Source: Phoronis australis (taxonomy: Eukaryota; Animalia; Phoronida). From it: 64,000 nucleotides of DNA. Position 1 is the stretch's first letter, and every line of letters starts with the position of its first letter. Of this stretch, positions 13,560-25,791 are shown piece by piece. The notes under the pieces were generated by a model that made no database searches, was not told the origin of the DNA, and was given only the letters and a program-made list of their open reading frames with translations. The stretch lies in NCBI GenBank assembly GCA_002633005.1, contig NMRA01000218.1:329113-393112 (forward strand). The letters run 5' to 3'. Made by a program: the position numbers and the translations under genes.

Positions 13560-14164
13560 GATAGTGAATTTCAATATGGCTCGACTATTTTGAAAATCAA
13601 CTATACATTAATACTGGATAGAAGACAATGAAAATCCCAATATTGCACAATAGAGATAAATCCCTGCTAGGGTCGGGGCATGTGCAACCTAAACAGTCTT
13701 CATCGGAAAGTGTTTGTACTTCCTTCCGACCTGCTAGACCTGATACTGCACATTTGAGAAGATTCTGCGTCATAGACTCTTTCACTTAATCATCTGTAGG
13801 ATAAGAAAATGTAAGAGGCAGATTTAATGTAATCGAGTAAGCCGTCTTAAGTAATTTTAAGTCTATTTTGTTGTCTAAAAATTGATTTGATGCAGCACCT
13901 TTAGTTGGTCATTTTTCCCTCAGTGCAGCTGGTACGATGACTGCAGTGGTTACTTTGGTTACCAACGATCAAATTTCTTGCATAAGTTTTAACTATTTTT
14001 TGTACACCCATTCATTTTACACGCCGATGGCGTTTTTTCCATGCCAATTTTGCAGAGTCTTATTTAGCTCTTCTACTTACGTCATCATAATAAATGACAT
14101 TATACCACAATATTAGCCTCGAATGGCAAATACATGTACAACCGTGTAATAATTTTGGCGGGAA

Positions 14165-14233
14165 ACCGAGGACGGATTTGAACCCGGGCGTCAAGAGTTT
14201 CGAGACGCCGACTTCACCACTACACCACTCAGC
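14165..14233 (-). mobile_element. tRNA-derived SINE head or tRNA pseudogene
   Basis: Minus strand GCTGAGTGGTGTAGTGGTGAAGTCGGCGTCTCGAAACTCTTGACGCCCGGGTTCAAATCCGTCCTCGGT has A box TGGTGTAGTGG, B box GGTTCAAATCC and acceptor-like pairing GCTGAG/CTCGGT. The central loop is not a canonical 7-nt anticodon loop. Confidence 0.65.
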
Positions 14234-14782
14234 TGCTGACGTCATCGAACGTGAAAACAGAATACTTAAATGAGCACGCGCAATAATCGAATGTTCAGCA
14301 AAGGGCATTGCACCGACATTTGTACGCTATGAAAAATAAGACGCAAAATTTCCATAAAAACGATATTTTAATTCAGTGAAATTTTTCTCTCGTGTTCTCT
14401 CACTTGTAAATCACCGATCTCCAATTTGAATGTGGGTATTGTGTCGTCGGGATCCTTTAACTTGAGCATTATAGTCAGTTACTAGTGGTAACCTACTTTA
14501 GCAGACGATATTTTCCCGGTCGAAGCTTGGCGTGATAAAATGTGTAGTAAGCTATAATAGTTGCTAAACCTTAATTCATGGATTCACTTCATTTCTATTT
14601 TGTTTAAATTTCCAATTGGTTTTGAGTATAAGCCTTATTTGACAAAAATAGCTCGGCTTTTCTTAAAAGGTCACGACCTCCGACCCCGGGCCTCTGAAAT
14701 AGAAAGTCGTTACAAAGCCGAGGCGAGTCGAGAAAGGTAGATCGAATCATTGCAATGTTTCTCGTTTAGTATGTGGTATAAA

Positions 14783-14944
14783 TAGATTATTACATGTTCT
14801 CCGTCTTTACCCCCCTTATCTAGAGCCCTCGTGGATTTTGGAGAATTATCACCCTCGGGGTTAACGACCCTCGGGAGATAATTCTCCAAAATCCACTTGG
14901 GCTCTAGATAACGGGGGATAACGACTTCCCCATGTAATGATCTA
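14783..14944. repeat. ~160-bp near-perfect palindrome (mini foldback element)
   Basis: TAGATTATTACATG...TTATCTAGAGCCC..GTGGATTTTGGAGAATTATC is mirrored by GATAATTCTCCAAAATCCAC..GGGCTCTAGATAA...CATGTAATGATCTA. Confidence 0.85.
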
Positions 14945-15344
14945 TATTTATTCTCAATCTTCATCTTTTTTACTCTGAAACATAGCTCGTGGCACACCCC
15001 GGGCAAAATAGATTACGATAAAAGTGTTTATTTTTAAGACCTCGATGACCACCAAATCGTACTGTATGCAAAAATATAAAAGACAAACGATCGTAACTAC
15101 ATATATTCGTTTTATCAATTACCAGACGGTACAACACGAACCGTAAGATGAACAAATTCGCCAGCCAGTAAATTCTTAACTCGAACTTCATAATCGTTCT
15201 ATTCTATTGCAACAACACACCAACCACAAATTTGACACGCGGTTCTCTGTTCAACAGACAATAGGTGAATTGGTAATGACTGTGCGTTTGACAACAAAAT
15301 GGCACTCGACGCTAGTTGTAAACATCTTTAGCAGCACAAAGAGA

Positions 15345-15441
15345 CCATCTCGGTGGGCGACAATGACCCCCATATCGGTGGGCGACGATGATCCCCATCT
15401 CGGTGGGCGACAATGTTCCCCATCTCGGTGGGCGACAATGA
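15345..15441. repeat. Minisatellite, ~25-bp period x4
   Basis: CCATCTCGGTGGGCGACAATG is repeated four times. Confidence 0.9.
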
Positions 15442-16858
15442 TCATGTACTATATGTTTAATTGTACTTCTACTAACTTGAGTTTCGTTATTGTAGGTATT
15501 TGAGCCAATGCACCGGGACTCTTACCAGGAAGAACCAATGAAGGCTGCCTGCTCTAGAAATTCAAGCAAAATGAAATATAGTGCGTACACGTGTCACGAA
15601 AATCGATTTTTTCTTCGGGGCATTTTTTCTCGATCTGTCTTCGAAATCATGTTTTTAAAAGGGAAAATTGACTTTATTCGTCTCTTCTCAGTCATCTGAA
15701 ACCAGAATAACTTACTGTTAATTCGACCATCTTTTTTCTTGGATACTACCTTGACTGAAGTTTCATTTGCTTTGAATTGATATATTGATAGGCTTAACTT
15801 GTTAACATTAATCAACTGTCACTATTCTCCTGCTTACACTGTCGTTAATACGCATTCCTCGCATTGAAACATTTTAAAGGAACGTAAGTGTACTTTCCGT
15901 TTTTGGCCACGATTTCCAGGTTTTAGTAAGAATTCAAAATTAAGGAATGTCACTGCATTTATTTGCTCAATAAGAAATTCCCTAACAATTTGATGTTTAT
16001 AAATTTATGTATTGCGGATTTTTATCCCAAGGTGAAAAAATTATTTCAAGAGTAAACACTAATTCAAAGCGGAAGTCACAAAAACATGGTTCACAGTAGT
16101 TTACTGTTCTGACTTAAAGTGTGTTTGAAATATTAAAGGTGTTATCAATTCCTTTTACGACAGCAACATTAAATTCAAAACTTTGCAGTACAGCACTAAC
16201 AAATTTGCCTTAAAATATTTCCTTTGCTATTGTAAAAATTTGCTCGATATCGTGAAACTGAATAGAAGGTCTTGTGGTCAGTTGAACAGCCCCGTCTGAC
16301 AAAACTGATGACTGATCAACATTATTTTATTTACTGACACCAGGACTCAGATATGTTTAAGGAGAAACTTCATTTCTATCGTTGTGTTAGTTAAGGTTTG
16401 ACAATGCCTTTGTATATTCGTTGCATTTTGGGCAGAAGTGAGCAATAACGAAACATCGTTTTTTCTAGTGACTGTTTAAAACCACTTACAATAGATACTC
16501 ACAAAACATTTTAAGCTCATCTTTAACAAAATCTATACAAAGGAGATTCATTGAAAGGGGCCAACACACACATACAGTAGTTCATCTAGAGGCATTATCA
16601 ATGATAAGTCTAACACAGCTTCTCATTGACTCGTTTCAAGTACCATGATGTCACACCACGCAATTCTCTGATTGGTCAATTTCGGAAAAGCCGCTCATGT
16701 TCTATAAATGAATTTCCGAGATCGGTCCTATCTTTTTCCCAATGAACTGAAGCTAGACGGAGAACTAAGAAATGGTAAAATATGCACATGTACTACCGAA
16801 GTGAGCAGTTATGGAGTGTTGAATATTCAAGTCCCAATTAGGCCTAAGTTACATGTAG

Positions 16859-17030
16859 CTGCGTGAGGGCATGCGTTTAACTGTTGTGGAGTCGACAGGC
16901 GATTGGAAAACATTGCCTTTTGAACTTAGATCTGTGTATGCACACCTGCTGATTGAAACTCGAAATTTGTTTTGATTAGTCCACTTAACGCCGTTCTGGC
17001 GCAGCAGAAGGTCAATCTCCTGCCCACCGA
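16859..17030 (+). pseudogene. Degenerate RecQ-family helicase fragment (motifs I and Ia), probably transposon-derived (Academ-type)
   Basis: LREGMRLTVVESTGDWKTLPFEL resembles a decayed xPTGxGKS motif I. After a frameshift, KFVLISPLNAVLAQQKVNL resembles the RecQ motif Ia consensus VVSPLxALMxQQV. Confidence 0.45.
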
Positions 17031-19951
17031 CGTTCGATGGAAACGTTCGAGATCCATAATTGTCGTGTACATGTACATCGAAAGATTACCCCAGCAAGTG
17101 CGCAGTGACTTCAGTGCCGTAACTTACTGGTATGCTAGTGTTGTCAGCTGCAGCGCCATTCGGGTTACACGAAGGAGTGGTGAAAAACGCAATCTAGGCG
17201 GTCTTCTTCTTATTGTGTCTATCATTAGCCATGTTAATTGAAACAGTGAAGCTGCAGCGCGTGAATCGTACACTTTGTAATTATCGTTTTAGCCTGCCTT
17301 TGTCAAGGCAATGTTCATTCATCACACAAATTATCAAAATCTTTCAACTCAAATCAGACCTGCATGCAATGCGATCATTTCGTCATTTTCTCCCAGTTTA
17401 AACACAAGCTACACCTAATTTTGTGTAGCTTATTTCAGCGTAAACCTACACCTACACACAAGTTGGAGTAGTTTATTTCAGTATAAAATTCTGCATTCTA
17501 CACTGCACATTACCTTGGTGTCTTTGGTTTTTGTTTCACAAATGGACACACTTATATAAGAGAAGTCATCCGAGCAATGGTAGGTAGATGCTTAACAAAC
17601 TCGACCTCTGGCAAACGTTGGCTGGTAGGCGATAGCAAATTGACTTTGTATAGGCATTGTACGTTCGCGCGCAGAACTGTCTTGACTCGGTCAAAAGGTA
17701 AATTGTTGAAAAGTAACTTTTCCCAACACAAGACACACTTTGACGTTATCATGAAGACGAGGTAGAAGTAATTGGCAGCTTTGCGTTTGCTCAGTTAAAC
17801 GCTAAATATACTTTATTCTGTTGCGCCACATTCTGCAAAACGGAGCGTGTTTAGTGTGGACATTAGACTAAAGGGTCAGTTGGGGACTATAGACAACTTG
17901 GCCTAGCCAGTTGTTTTATGGTAACTCGTAGCGTGGACATAACCATAGTGAGTTAACATCATGGGATTTCAATAGTGCCCTTGTTTTCGAATTGTGCTTC
18001 TAAATTATCCCCACACTCTGAAGAGTTTGTGGCCGGTGGATAAGTACGTGCGACCTTTCAGATGTTCGGATATTGAAATCCGAATAAAGATTTTCAAAAT
18101 ACAATCAAGCTTTAATGCAATTAAGATTCCATCAACTATTGAATTACAATAATCCTCGCAATGAAGGACCAGATACAAAATTCGAAAACTGAAATTGAAA
18201 GCTGGTAGTGTTACGTAATGCTGGTAAGCCGATTTCTTAAGTGGGGTATGACTGGGGGGATTCTGAAGAGCTGAAATACGCTCTACCAGATACAGATGTA
18301 ACAGCTCAAACAGTTTCAGTTTCACATCTTGACTTCAGATGTCGGGGTGGGGATATACTCTTTCACACTGCTAAGAAAGGTAGCACTGTTCCATGTTGTT
18401 TATCATTGCTTCTCTTGGTTAAAGTAATGAAACCCCATTGGTTGCAATCTGTGAAGCAGATTTCGGTTTACTGTTACGTAGTATGGCGACCACCAATTGA
18501 CTTGAATAGTTGCAATTTATGAAAACGGGCAGTGATCGAAGTAAACAAAATCAAAGGAAGTCAGATCCCGTGGCCACGCCCAAGCAAGTACAGTGCTTTG
18601 AAGGCGTGTGCAAGTGGTGGCGATGTGGTCGAAAAGCTTCCTTCCAAGCATGCGCAATTGATGCCCACACACGGAATTCCGTGTGTCGTTCATCATGTTT
18701 CCACAGGGCCACTTTTCAGTATAGGTGGCGCTGTGTCATAGACTAGGGTGGGGAGTGTTTACTGCACCAACGGCGCCGTCGTGGGGTGTCATACGTTTTG
18801 CGTCGCACCTAACAAAGGGGTGACCCTTTAACCCTCTGAAGCTCCTTCTAGCGGAGTGCGTCCCACGTTCGTGACCTGACAGCCAGACGCGTCACATATT
18901 CACCAGAATTGATATTGGAAAAAATGGGCTTTTTCGAATTTTTCTTAGCGCCCACAAAAATAACCGAGCTATGGTATAGCATCACAATGCTCAAACGGAG
19001 GCTTAAGAAACTTGGGACAAGCCAAGTGACAGCGCCATCAACGAGTCTATTTAACAGGAATTTTAGCGATTAGTTACAGAATTTCACTGAGGGAATAAAT
19101 ATAAAGATTGAAAGTGTTTGGTACCTCGTGATCGACGCTACACACTCGTTTGCATCGCAAAATAGGCCCATTTGCTTTCTTTGTGAAACGGAAACCGTGA
19201 CTTTTCTACCACGCTTCAACATTTCAGCTTGACCACTCACTGTGGATACTGTGCAGTCCTACGCCAGCATGGTTTCGAGTTCTCTCTCTCTCAAAATTCC
19301 CCTTTAATTCAGTCGCGTCATTTTGCGTGACTTATGCTCGCGTGATTTCGCATTCTCGTAACAAACTTTTTCTACGTAACTTACTCCAGGACACGTGATT
19401 CTGCTCGAGACTATTCGACAATTGACCAACCGTCTGCTACGCTTTGAGTAATTTTCCAGTTGCAATTGGTCAATATAACGTGAGTCGACTCTAGAGAAAA
19501 ATTGACAGTCAACGTGCACAGATTGTTGCCTAGGAAGAGTAGTACCTCGTGCTACACAGTGCATGTATTGAAAGCAGGTTTGGAAGTTCTGCCGCGTTTT
19601 CAAAAATAATAAATCTGACAAATTCTCAGCTTCTTATCAAATATGAAACTTTCAGGGAGTGTTTTGAAGAGATGTATTTGGTGATTTCACTCCAGTTACA
19701 AAACTGCAATTCGCATACAAGGTGACCAAGTAATAAGACGATAAAGCCCCAAAACGGGGAACTATGGAAAATTTTCGATCCAGATGTCCCGTGATAAAAT
19801 GTAATAACTGACCCGCAGTTTCATGTTTCATTCTTCGAATAACATGTCGTGATTAATCTTGACAACCCTACTGTGCATGAAGTCAGCATGAACGATGTAA
19901 GTGAGTGATACCAGAGTATGTGCGTGGACAACGCACTGAAATGTTTATTAA

Positions 19952-22343
19952 AGTCCTAGAAGCACACGTTCTTAACCCTAATTAAATGGTTAGAAGGCAT
20001 TCTAAGGAACCACGCAGTATCTATCCCATAACCAATACACAATCCGTAGTCGAAGAAAGTTCAAATAAACGCGTCACTCACGATTCCGACCCGAAGATCA
20101 CGCCGACATTTTGAAGTACCGCGAAACCGGAAGTACAATTCATTCAGGAGCCCAGGCTTACATGTAAGTATACGCCGGCTGTGCGACTGTAGCAGTGTCT
20201 ATTACCAGCCTGCAAACAGGGATAAAATAATCCGCAGCGGACCTCAACTCTTCTGAAACCAAAATAAGGGTAATTTGTACTGAAAATGTTGACAAAATGT
20301 GTCAAAAAAAATTGACAAATTATTTTGCCGGGCTCGGAACTCCAGCCGATGACCCGGTGCAGACCGATCGAGACCACTCGCACTGATAAAACACGAAGGC
20401 ATACCGTCCCCGGCTATTTAATCGTAATAAATGGATCAAATCATGAATGCCGTATGCATACAAAGATAGTTTCCGACAAGTGTATAAACTTACAGACTAT
20501 ACAGTCCTGCACAACGATTGGATAACAACGGGTCGACTATGGCCGGCTTTTCTAAGCGGGTTTTACTGGGTTTAATTGACTCTGGTAAACAGCATAAACA
20601 GAACAACGCATGCGCGAACCCAGCCTAAAATATAATGGGGCTCGAATTTTTCGTTCTGCGGACCTTTTAATGAAAAAATCAATGTTTACTAGAAAAAAGG
20701 GGGCACTAGGCTGAGACCTACGAATTGTGCATCCGTGCCGATTTCCTGTAGACTTTGTAAACTTTCGTCTCGTTTACTCGCCGGAATTTTTGTTTCACTG
20801 AGACGGACCTTTTTGCCCAATTCGCCAAATCGGGTTGCTCGTTCGAGCCCCCCCGAGCCCCCTACCCCCTTGGTGCGCCCATGCAACGACCATACAACAC
20901 CAAATTATTGAATAAAACAGTCAATCGTCATACATGTACAGTTAGAATATCGTAACAGTTAAACTTGCGAAAATATGGAAAATAAATTGAGACGCGACTT
21001 CGCTACAGCCTTGAGGCTGAGTGCCAAGACAATACCATTTGATGGCTAAATAACTTTAAGTAGAAAAACTGCCATGGTGCCAAATGATATAATATAAGTA
21101 TTATTGAGTTTAAAGTAAAAGGAAAAATTTCCACTTAGTCCGAAACATTCGTATAAGCGGCTGACTATCCGGCTCCGCCTGGCATTACGTGCGCGGATAT
21201 CTGTGCACTTCGGGGCAAGATGAACCCATTAATTAGCTACCTGGGCCTTGAATGAGTGAAATTCCTGAGACAAAGAGATTAAAATACTACACCATGCTCC
21301 TAACAGTGCAATATTTTCCCATCGCCGACATTCAGCTCATTGGCTAAAATTCACTCCAATCCCCCCGCCCCAGTTTGCGACGCGGAATTTTTATATTTAG
21401 AAAACAGATGTATTTATTGTAACTTTATTTTTGAGAGGTTTGAAAATACATTTTCCTGATAATTAAATATCAAAGCCAATTTAGCAAGGGATTATTTTCG
21501 TGGCAAAGTGTCAGCAGCGACTGCAGGCCGGGGAATTGCTTCACCGGTCACTGTGTCCTGGCAGAAAAATCAAGCACAGATGTGGAGCTCACTGTTTTGA
21601 GATAAAACTTATTTTTGTTTGTCGAAACATAGCCGTATGTGGATTTTTTTTTTCTATTTTACATTTTAAACGGCCAATAACATGGAAGCCCGTGACGATT
21701 TGCTGCCAAGCACTGGGCTCACACGTCTGAGTAGTCACCGTGACAAGGCAATTGCTTCAGGCTGGTACTTTGCATCAATTTCAAGATATGGCGATGAAGA
21801 TAAGCCAGTTGTTGACCGAGAAGCTTTTTTCCTCTAATTTATTACTTAAACGGGAACTGCTACTGAAAATTGACGTACCCTCGCGATGAGTCAGGGCTGA
21901 CGCCTCAGTAACCGCGAGTTGGCCACCGGAGACTTTGTGACCGTACTTCACAAACTTACGGTTATGCATACCATTCGTCATATGCAAGGAACAGTTAAAA
22001 TTTGGACAATAAATAATTAAGTTTGTATAAAAAGAACCAAAATGGGAATCAAAAAAGCAAAACAAAGTAACAACGCATTTACGGTCATGCATGGTGATGT
22101 CAATACGTTTTCAAGGACAACTTGACTGGCATTCAGGATCCTTCCCGGACTGACACACAGGAACTCAGGTCACGGAAATAGACGGGGACAGTCGATGATT
22201 TTCCGATCTCGGCCGAGGTACAAAATTGTGCAAAAAGACTTTTAGTTTGTCAACAGAAAGGATGTGAACAATATGCCATGTTACATATTACTTAATTTTC
22301 TATATATTTTTAAAGATTTGAATTAGAATGCGCTTTAAGGATT
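19952..22343 (+). mobile_element. ~2.1-kb non-autonomous TTAA-type (Kolobok-like) element, copy A, with a nested MITE
   Basis: Starts TTAA|AGTCCTAGAAGCACAC and is collinear with the reverse complement of 36425-38540 along its length. The right end is degenerate (TGCGCTTTAAGGATT). Confidence 0.85.
20609..20883 (-). mobile_element. CATGCGCG-terminal G-rich MITE with 5-bp TSD
   Basis: CATGCGCGAACC...GGTGCGCCCATG with TSD CAACG at 20604-20608 and 20884-20888. The empty site is present in the paralogous host copy near 37885. Confidence 0.92.
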
Positions 22344-22734
22344 ACGCCTTTATCACGATCATTTACACATGACAGTAATACTAACAAATTTATGACAATG
22401 TCACGCTGCAGGCTAAGATTACATACATGTATCACACTTACCTAAAATTGTCAATGATCATCGTTTGCACAGTGAGTTGGTACTTGTCAAAGTAATTAAT
22501 TGATGTTGTGATTATTCTCATTAAGCTTTGTTTATGATAATGAGACAACTAAGTGAGTCATTCGAGGTCATTAAGTAAGCGCAATTCTCAATGATTTACG
22601 TGCGGAATTGGTTTCCTTTAGCCTACTAGGTCACATACGAATTGCAACTTCCTGTTTGTCTGCTCACAGGGAGGCCAATCGTGAATTATATCGGAAATGT
22701 ATTCGGCCAAAGTTATAGTACTCAATTTAGAACA

Positions 22735-23505
22735 GTATCTATTTTTATTTAAAGATTACTGGTCAGGACTCTGTCCATTCAAACATACACTGCCCTCGGC
22801 AAGACATTAAGAGAATTTGTTGTGAAACGTCAGATACAATTTTTTACCTAGACGGGAATCGAGCACGCGCTCCCATTTGTGGCAGACTGCTGCCTTCGTC
22901 ACCTGGCTGGTCCCCTGCGTGCCGCTAGGTAGTGGTCGGTGGCCAGGACGCATTTTCCTGGGGATTTTTTTTACTCAGGCGTTTCTGATTGGCTAGTCGA
23001 ATTCTCAACAGGCAGCGCATTACGCAAACAAACTGGCATGACTGATGAAGTGAAGTGTAAATGTGGTCCGTTTTCTACAGACCAATCGGTGCTTAAAATT
23101 TATGTTCAAGAAATTTGAATCCTAGAAATTGTGGTTGCGCTTTTTCTGAGTACATGTTTCAACTGTTGATGACTTTTGTTTATGATACTGTCCTGTATTC
23201 ATACAGTATGGATAACACACCGATTAAATCGGCCAGATATGTGTTAATAGTATAGTATATTAATTGTTCATGTATGTTCTTCAAACACGTGGCTATTAAA
23301 CACTGCAGAAACGAAATATTTTCACTTGCATGACAAGCCTAAATAAAAAATTGTTCACAGTCCTCCATTTTTACGGTGTTGTAAAGCTAACCAATGACTG
23401 CCGAGATTGCATCAACCAATGCAAAAGCGTGTAATACTGCGTGATACCTGCGTGCTTGCTAGGCACGTAGGGAACCAGCGAGCCTTCGTCACCAGGTCAA
23501 CGAGC
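22735..23505 (-). mobile_element. tRNA-derived SINE interrupted by the 10-bp-TSD element
   Basis: With the insertion removed, the minus strand reads GCTCGTTGACCTGGTGACGAAGGCAGCAGTCTGCCACAAATGGGAGCGCGTGCTCGATTCCCG (decayed A and B boxes) and ends in an A-rich tail TTTAAATAAAAATAGATA. Confidence 0.5.
22903..23482 (-). mobile_element. Non-autonomous DNA transposon with 10-bp TSD, copy 2
   Basis: CTGGCTGGTCCCC / GGAACCAGCGAG with perfect TSD CCTTCGTCAC at 22893-22902 and 23483-23492. Inverted homolog of 11777-12355. Confidence 0.92.
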
Positions 23506-24046
23506 AATGCCGTGAATGTTTGATTAACAGGGGCTTATATATTTCCTGCATATTTGAATAGCAAGCACTGGGGACCGGATGATTTAGTACAAAGGGGTTT
23601 CCATGAATATGGTGCTCATAAAATTCAACTGAGATAACTACTGTACATGTATATGGGGTAGACTTTCCTACATGTACATGTAGTTAGACTTGTTACTGTG
23701 TACTGGACAAGACGCCGCCGGGCGCTATTGTACTGCATTCCGTAAAATATTTTTTAAAACAACTTGCAGTAAACATTTACAGCAGTATAACTATACGTAC
23801 GCAAATCTTAAATATACTTGTATCAGTTTTTACAGTCGTTTTCTGTTCGATTTTTCTTCGACTGCATCTTTCACGTGCGTTATCACCTATTTCTGTTTGG
23901 GAATAGAGATTGATCTACACGCAAACCTCAGTCACATGTATCCTAAGTTTTAATCTTCATTTCTAAAGTATGCTCAACCCGTCATTTACTTGTATTGAGG
24001 ATGTTGTTGTGCTCATTTGTTGGTAAGTCAAAATAAGGCGTGATTN

Positions 24047-24323
24047 CCGCAAGAAAAATGAAACAGCAACAGCAACAGCGTGAACCGTGAGGAAATATTG
24101 AGTACAGTAACTGGCAGCAGATGAGGGGGAGGCTCAGACCCCAGATCGCGGCGAGATCGTGTTCCTGTTTTTTTAGTCCACCGATAGATTTTCCAAATAG
24201 AAGGTCCAAAACCCCCGGGCCCCGCAACTTTCGGGACACCTGTGCACAAACAATCGCACTTTGCCCAATTTCCCGAGGCAACATGTTGCCCCCCCCCCTT
24301 ATGGTATCCTAGATCCGCCACTG
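24047..24323 (+). mobile_element. Partial G-rich MITE (same family as 46737-47265), left end lost at an N
   Basis: Shares CCGCAA..AAACAG, GGGGG..GCTCAGA and the terminus TCCTAGATCCGCCACTG with the 46737 copy. It begins right after the N at 24046. Confidence 0.7.
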
Positions 24324-25034
24324 CGCTAGATGACCCGAGGTGATCAAATAGTGGGTCAAAGAATTTTTGTTTGAGTCAATGACGCGGGAAGCGGCCCTAA
24401 AAATATCCCGACGCGTTGATTTTATGTATTTTAACTTTCCTTACAGCCATGTTTTTCTAGGTATCAAAGACTACATGGACAACGATTAGGCGAGAACTAT
24501 CAATCGTCAACACGGTTTAGTTAGACAGAAACTGTAGTAAATACGATTACATGTATGTGCTATAAATCAGTTTGATATAATGTTTAGTGCGAGAACATTG
24601 ACGGCGGAGAATTTTTAATGTGGTGGCGGCGGGTGGCGCGCTGTGATTCATGTTCATGTTGGATTATTTGAAATCATGACAAGAAAAATAAGTCACGTAT
24701 GTTTCAGCAAAATGTGTTAAATGATATAGAAATTTTTTTAAAACTGTTTCACACAGACATGACAAATGTGATGAACCATTATAATGTAGTTTAGCACATC
24801 GGGCAAACATCTGAATTGATCGCAATGATGCAATAACATTTGAAACGATATGGTCTGTCTTGAGACAAAAAGTTGTCACACCGAACTTTTCATCTCAGCT
24901 TCACATGTTTTTGAGAGTAAAACATTCAGAAGTTGAGCAAATGAGGCATTCTTATTGACTTAATTTTAAATGACGTCAGTTGTCATTGACAAGCATTTAG
25001 CTGGCAGCAAAATCTACAGTAGGCTAACAGAAGG

Positions 25035-25094
25035 TGGGACTGGAACCCGGGTTGGGAAGCCTTTACGAAATAGGTCTTAAACCGCAGAGCCATG
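25035..25094 (-). mobile_element. Decayed tRNA-like SINE head
   Basis: Minus strand TGGCTCTGCGG (A-box-like) and GGGTTCCAGTCCC (B-box-like) lie at tRNA-like spacing. Confidence 0.35.
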
Positions 25095-25791
25095 TTCCAT
25101 TGAATCGTAAAGAAGAATGTCATTTAAGTGGCAATCTCTGACAGAACCTGAGGAATCAAAATAAAAAATCCACATGACCCGCCGCAGAATTGGCTGAAAC
25201 TTTGCCACCGTATTCCTATCCACCTCCAGCGACACCCGGCCAACCACCATAATACACTCATTGGCCTCTCCGTCTACATGTATGTTGATACCGCCCTGGA
25301 ATTTTTACTTGAATCAGATGCAAACAATTCAGCTTAGAATGACCTCTTTTGGGAATAGGACTAATCCGTGTCCATGTAAGTTCTGGGACTGATATTGGAT
25401 ACTGTGCTGACATGTATAATACTCATCCACAGTCCTGCAAGGTAGCCACTGCATATGGATACCCGAATAGTGCAAAGTACTCTCATTAAAAGTACATGAT
25501 AATCACTAAGTGGGTTAAAGATCAAACGTTTGACTTGACGTATGTACTAAAAGCCAAATACTACCAAATTACACTGGTTTCATATTTGTACATGATATAT
25601 CCTTGCTCGCTTTCTCGTTGAATATGGCCAAACTAAGCCCTTTAAAAATTCGCAAAAATTCCCATTTTTTGAAAAACCAGAACTCTTTAATACTAATTAA
25701 AGTGTTTATCTTAAATATCAAACGTGTTTCTGGATCGACGGTAAGGTCCGATTCTTTCACAGAAAAAATCATAGTTATTCCTAACATTTAA

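Noticed and set aside
20325-20525. ORF that is also open in the paralogous copy (37969..38187)
   Set aside because: Amino-acid divergence looks like neutral nucleotide divergence, the start codons differ, and no domain is recognisable.
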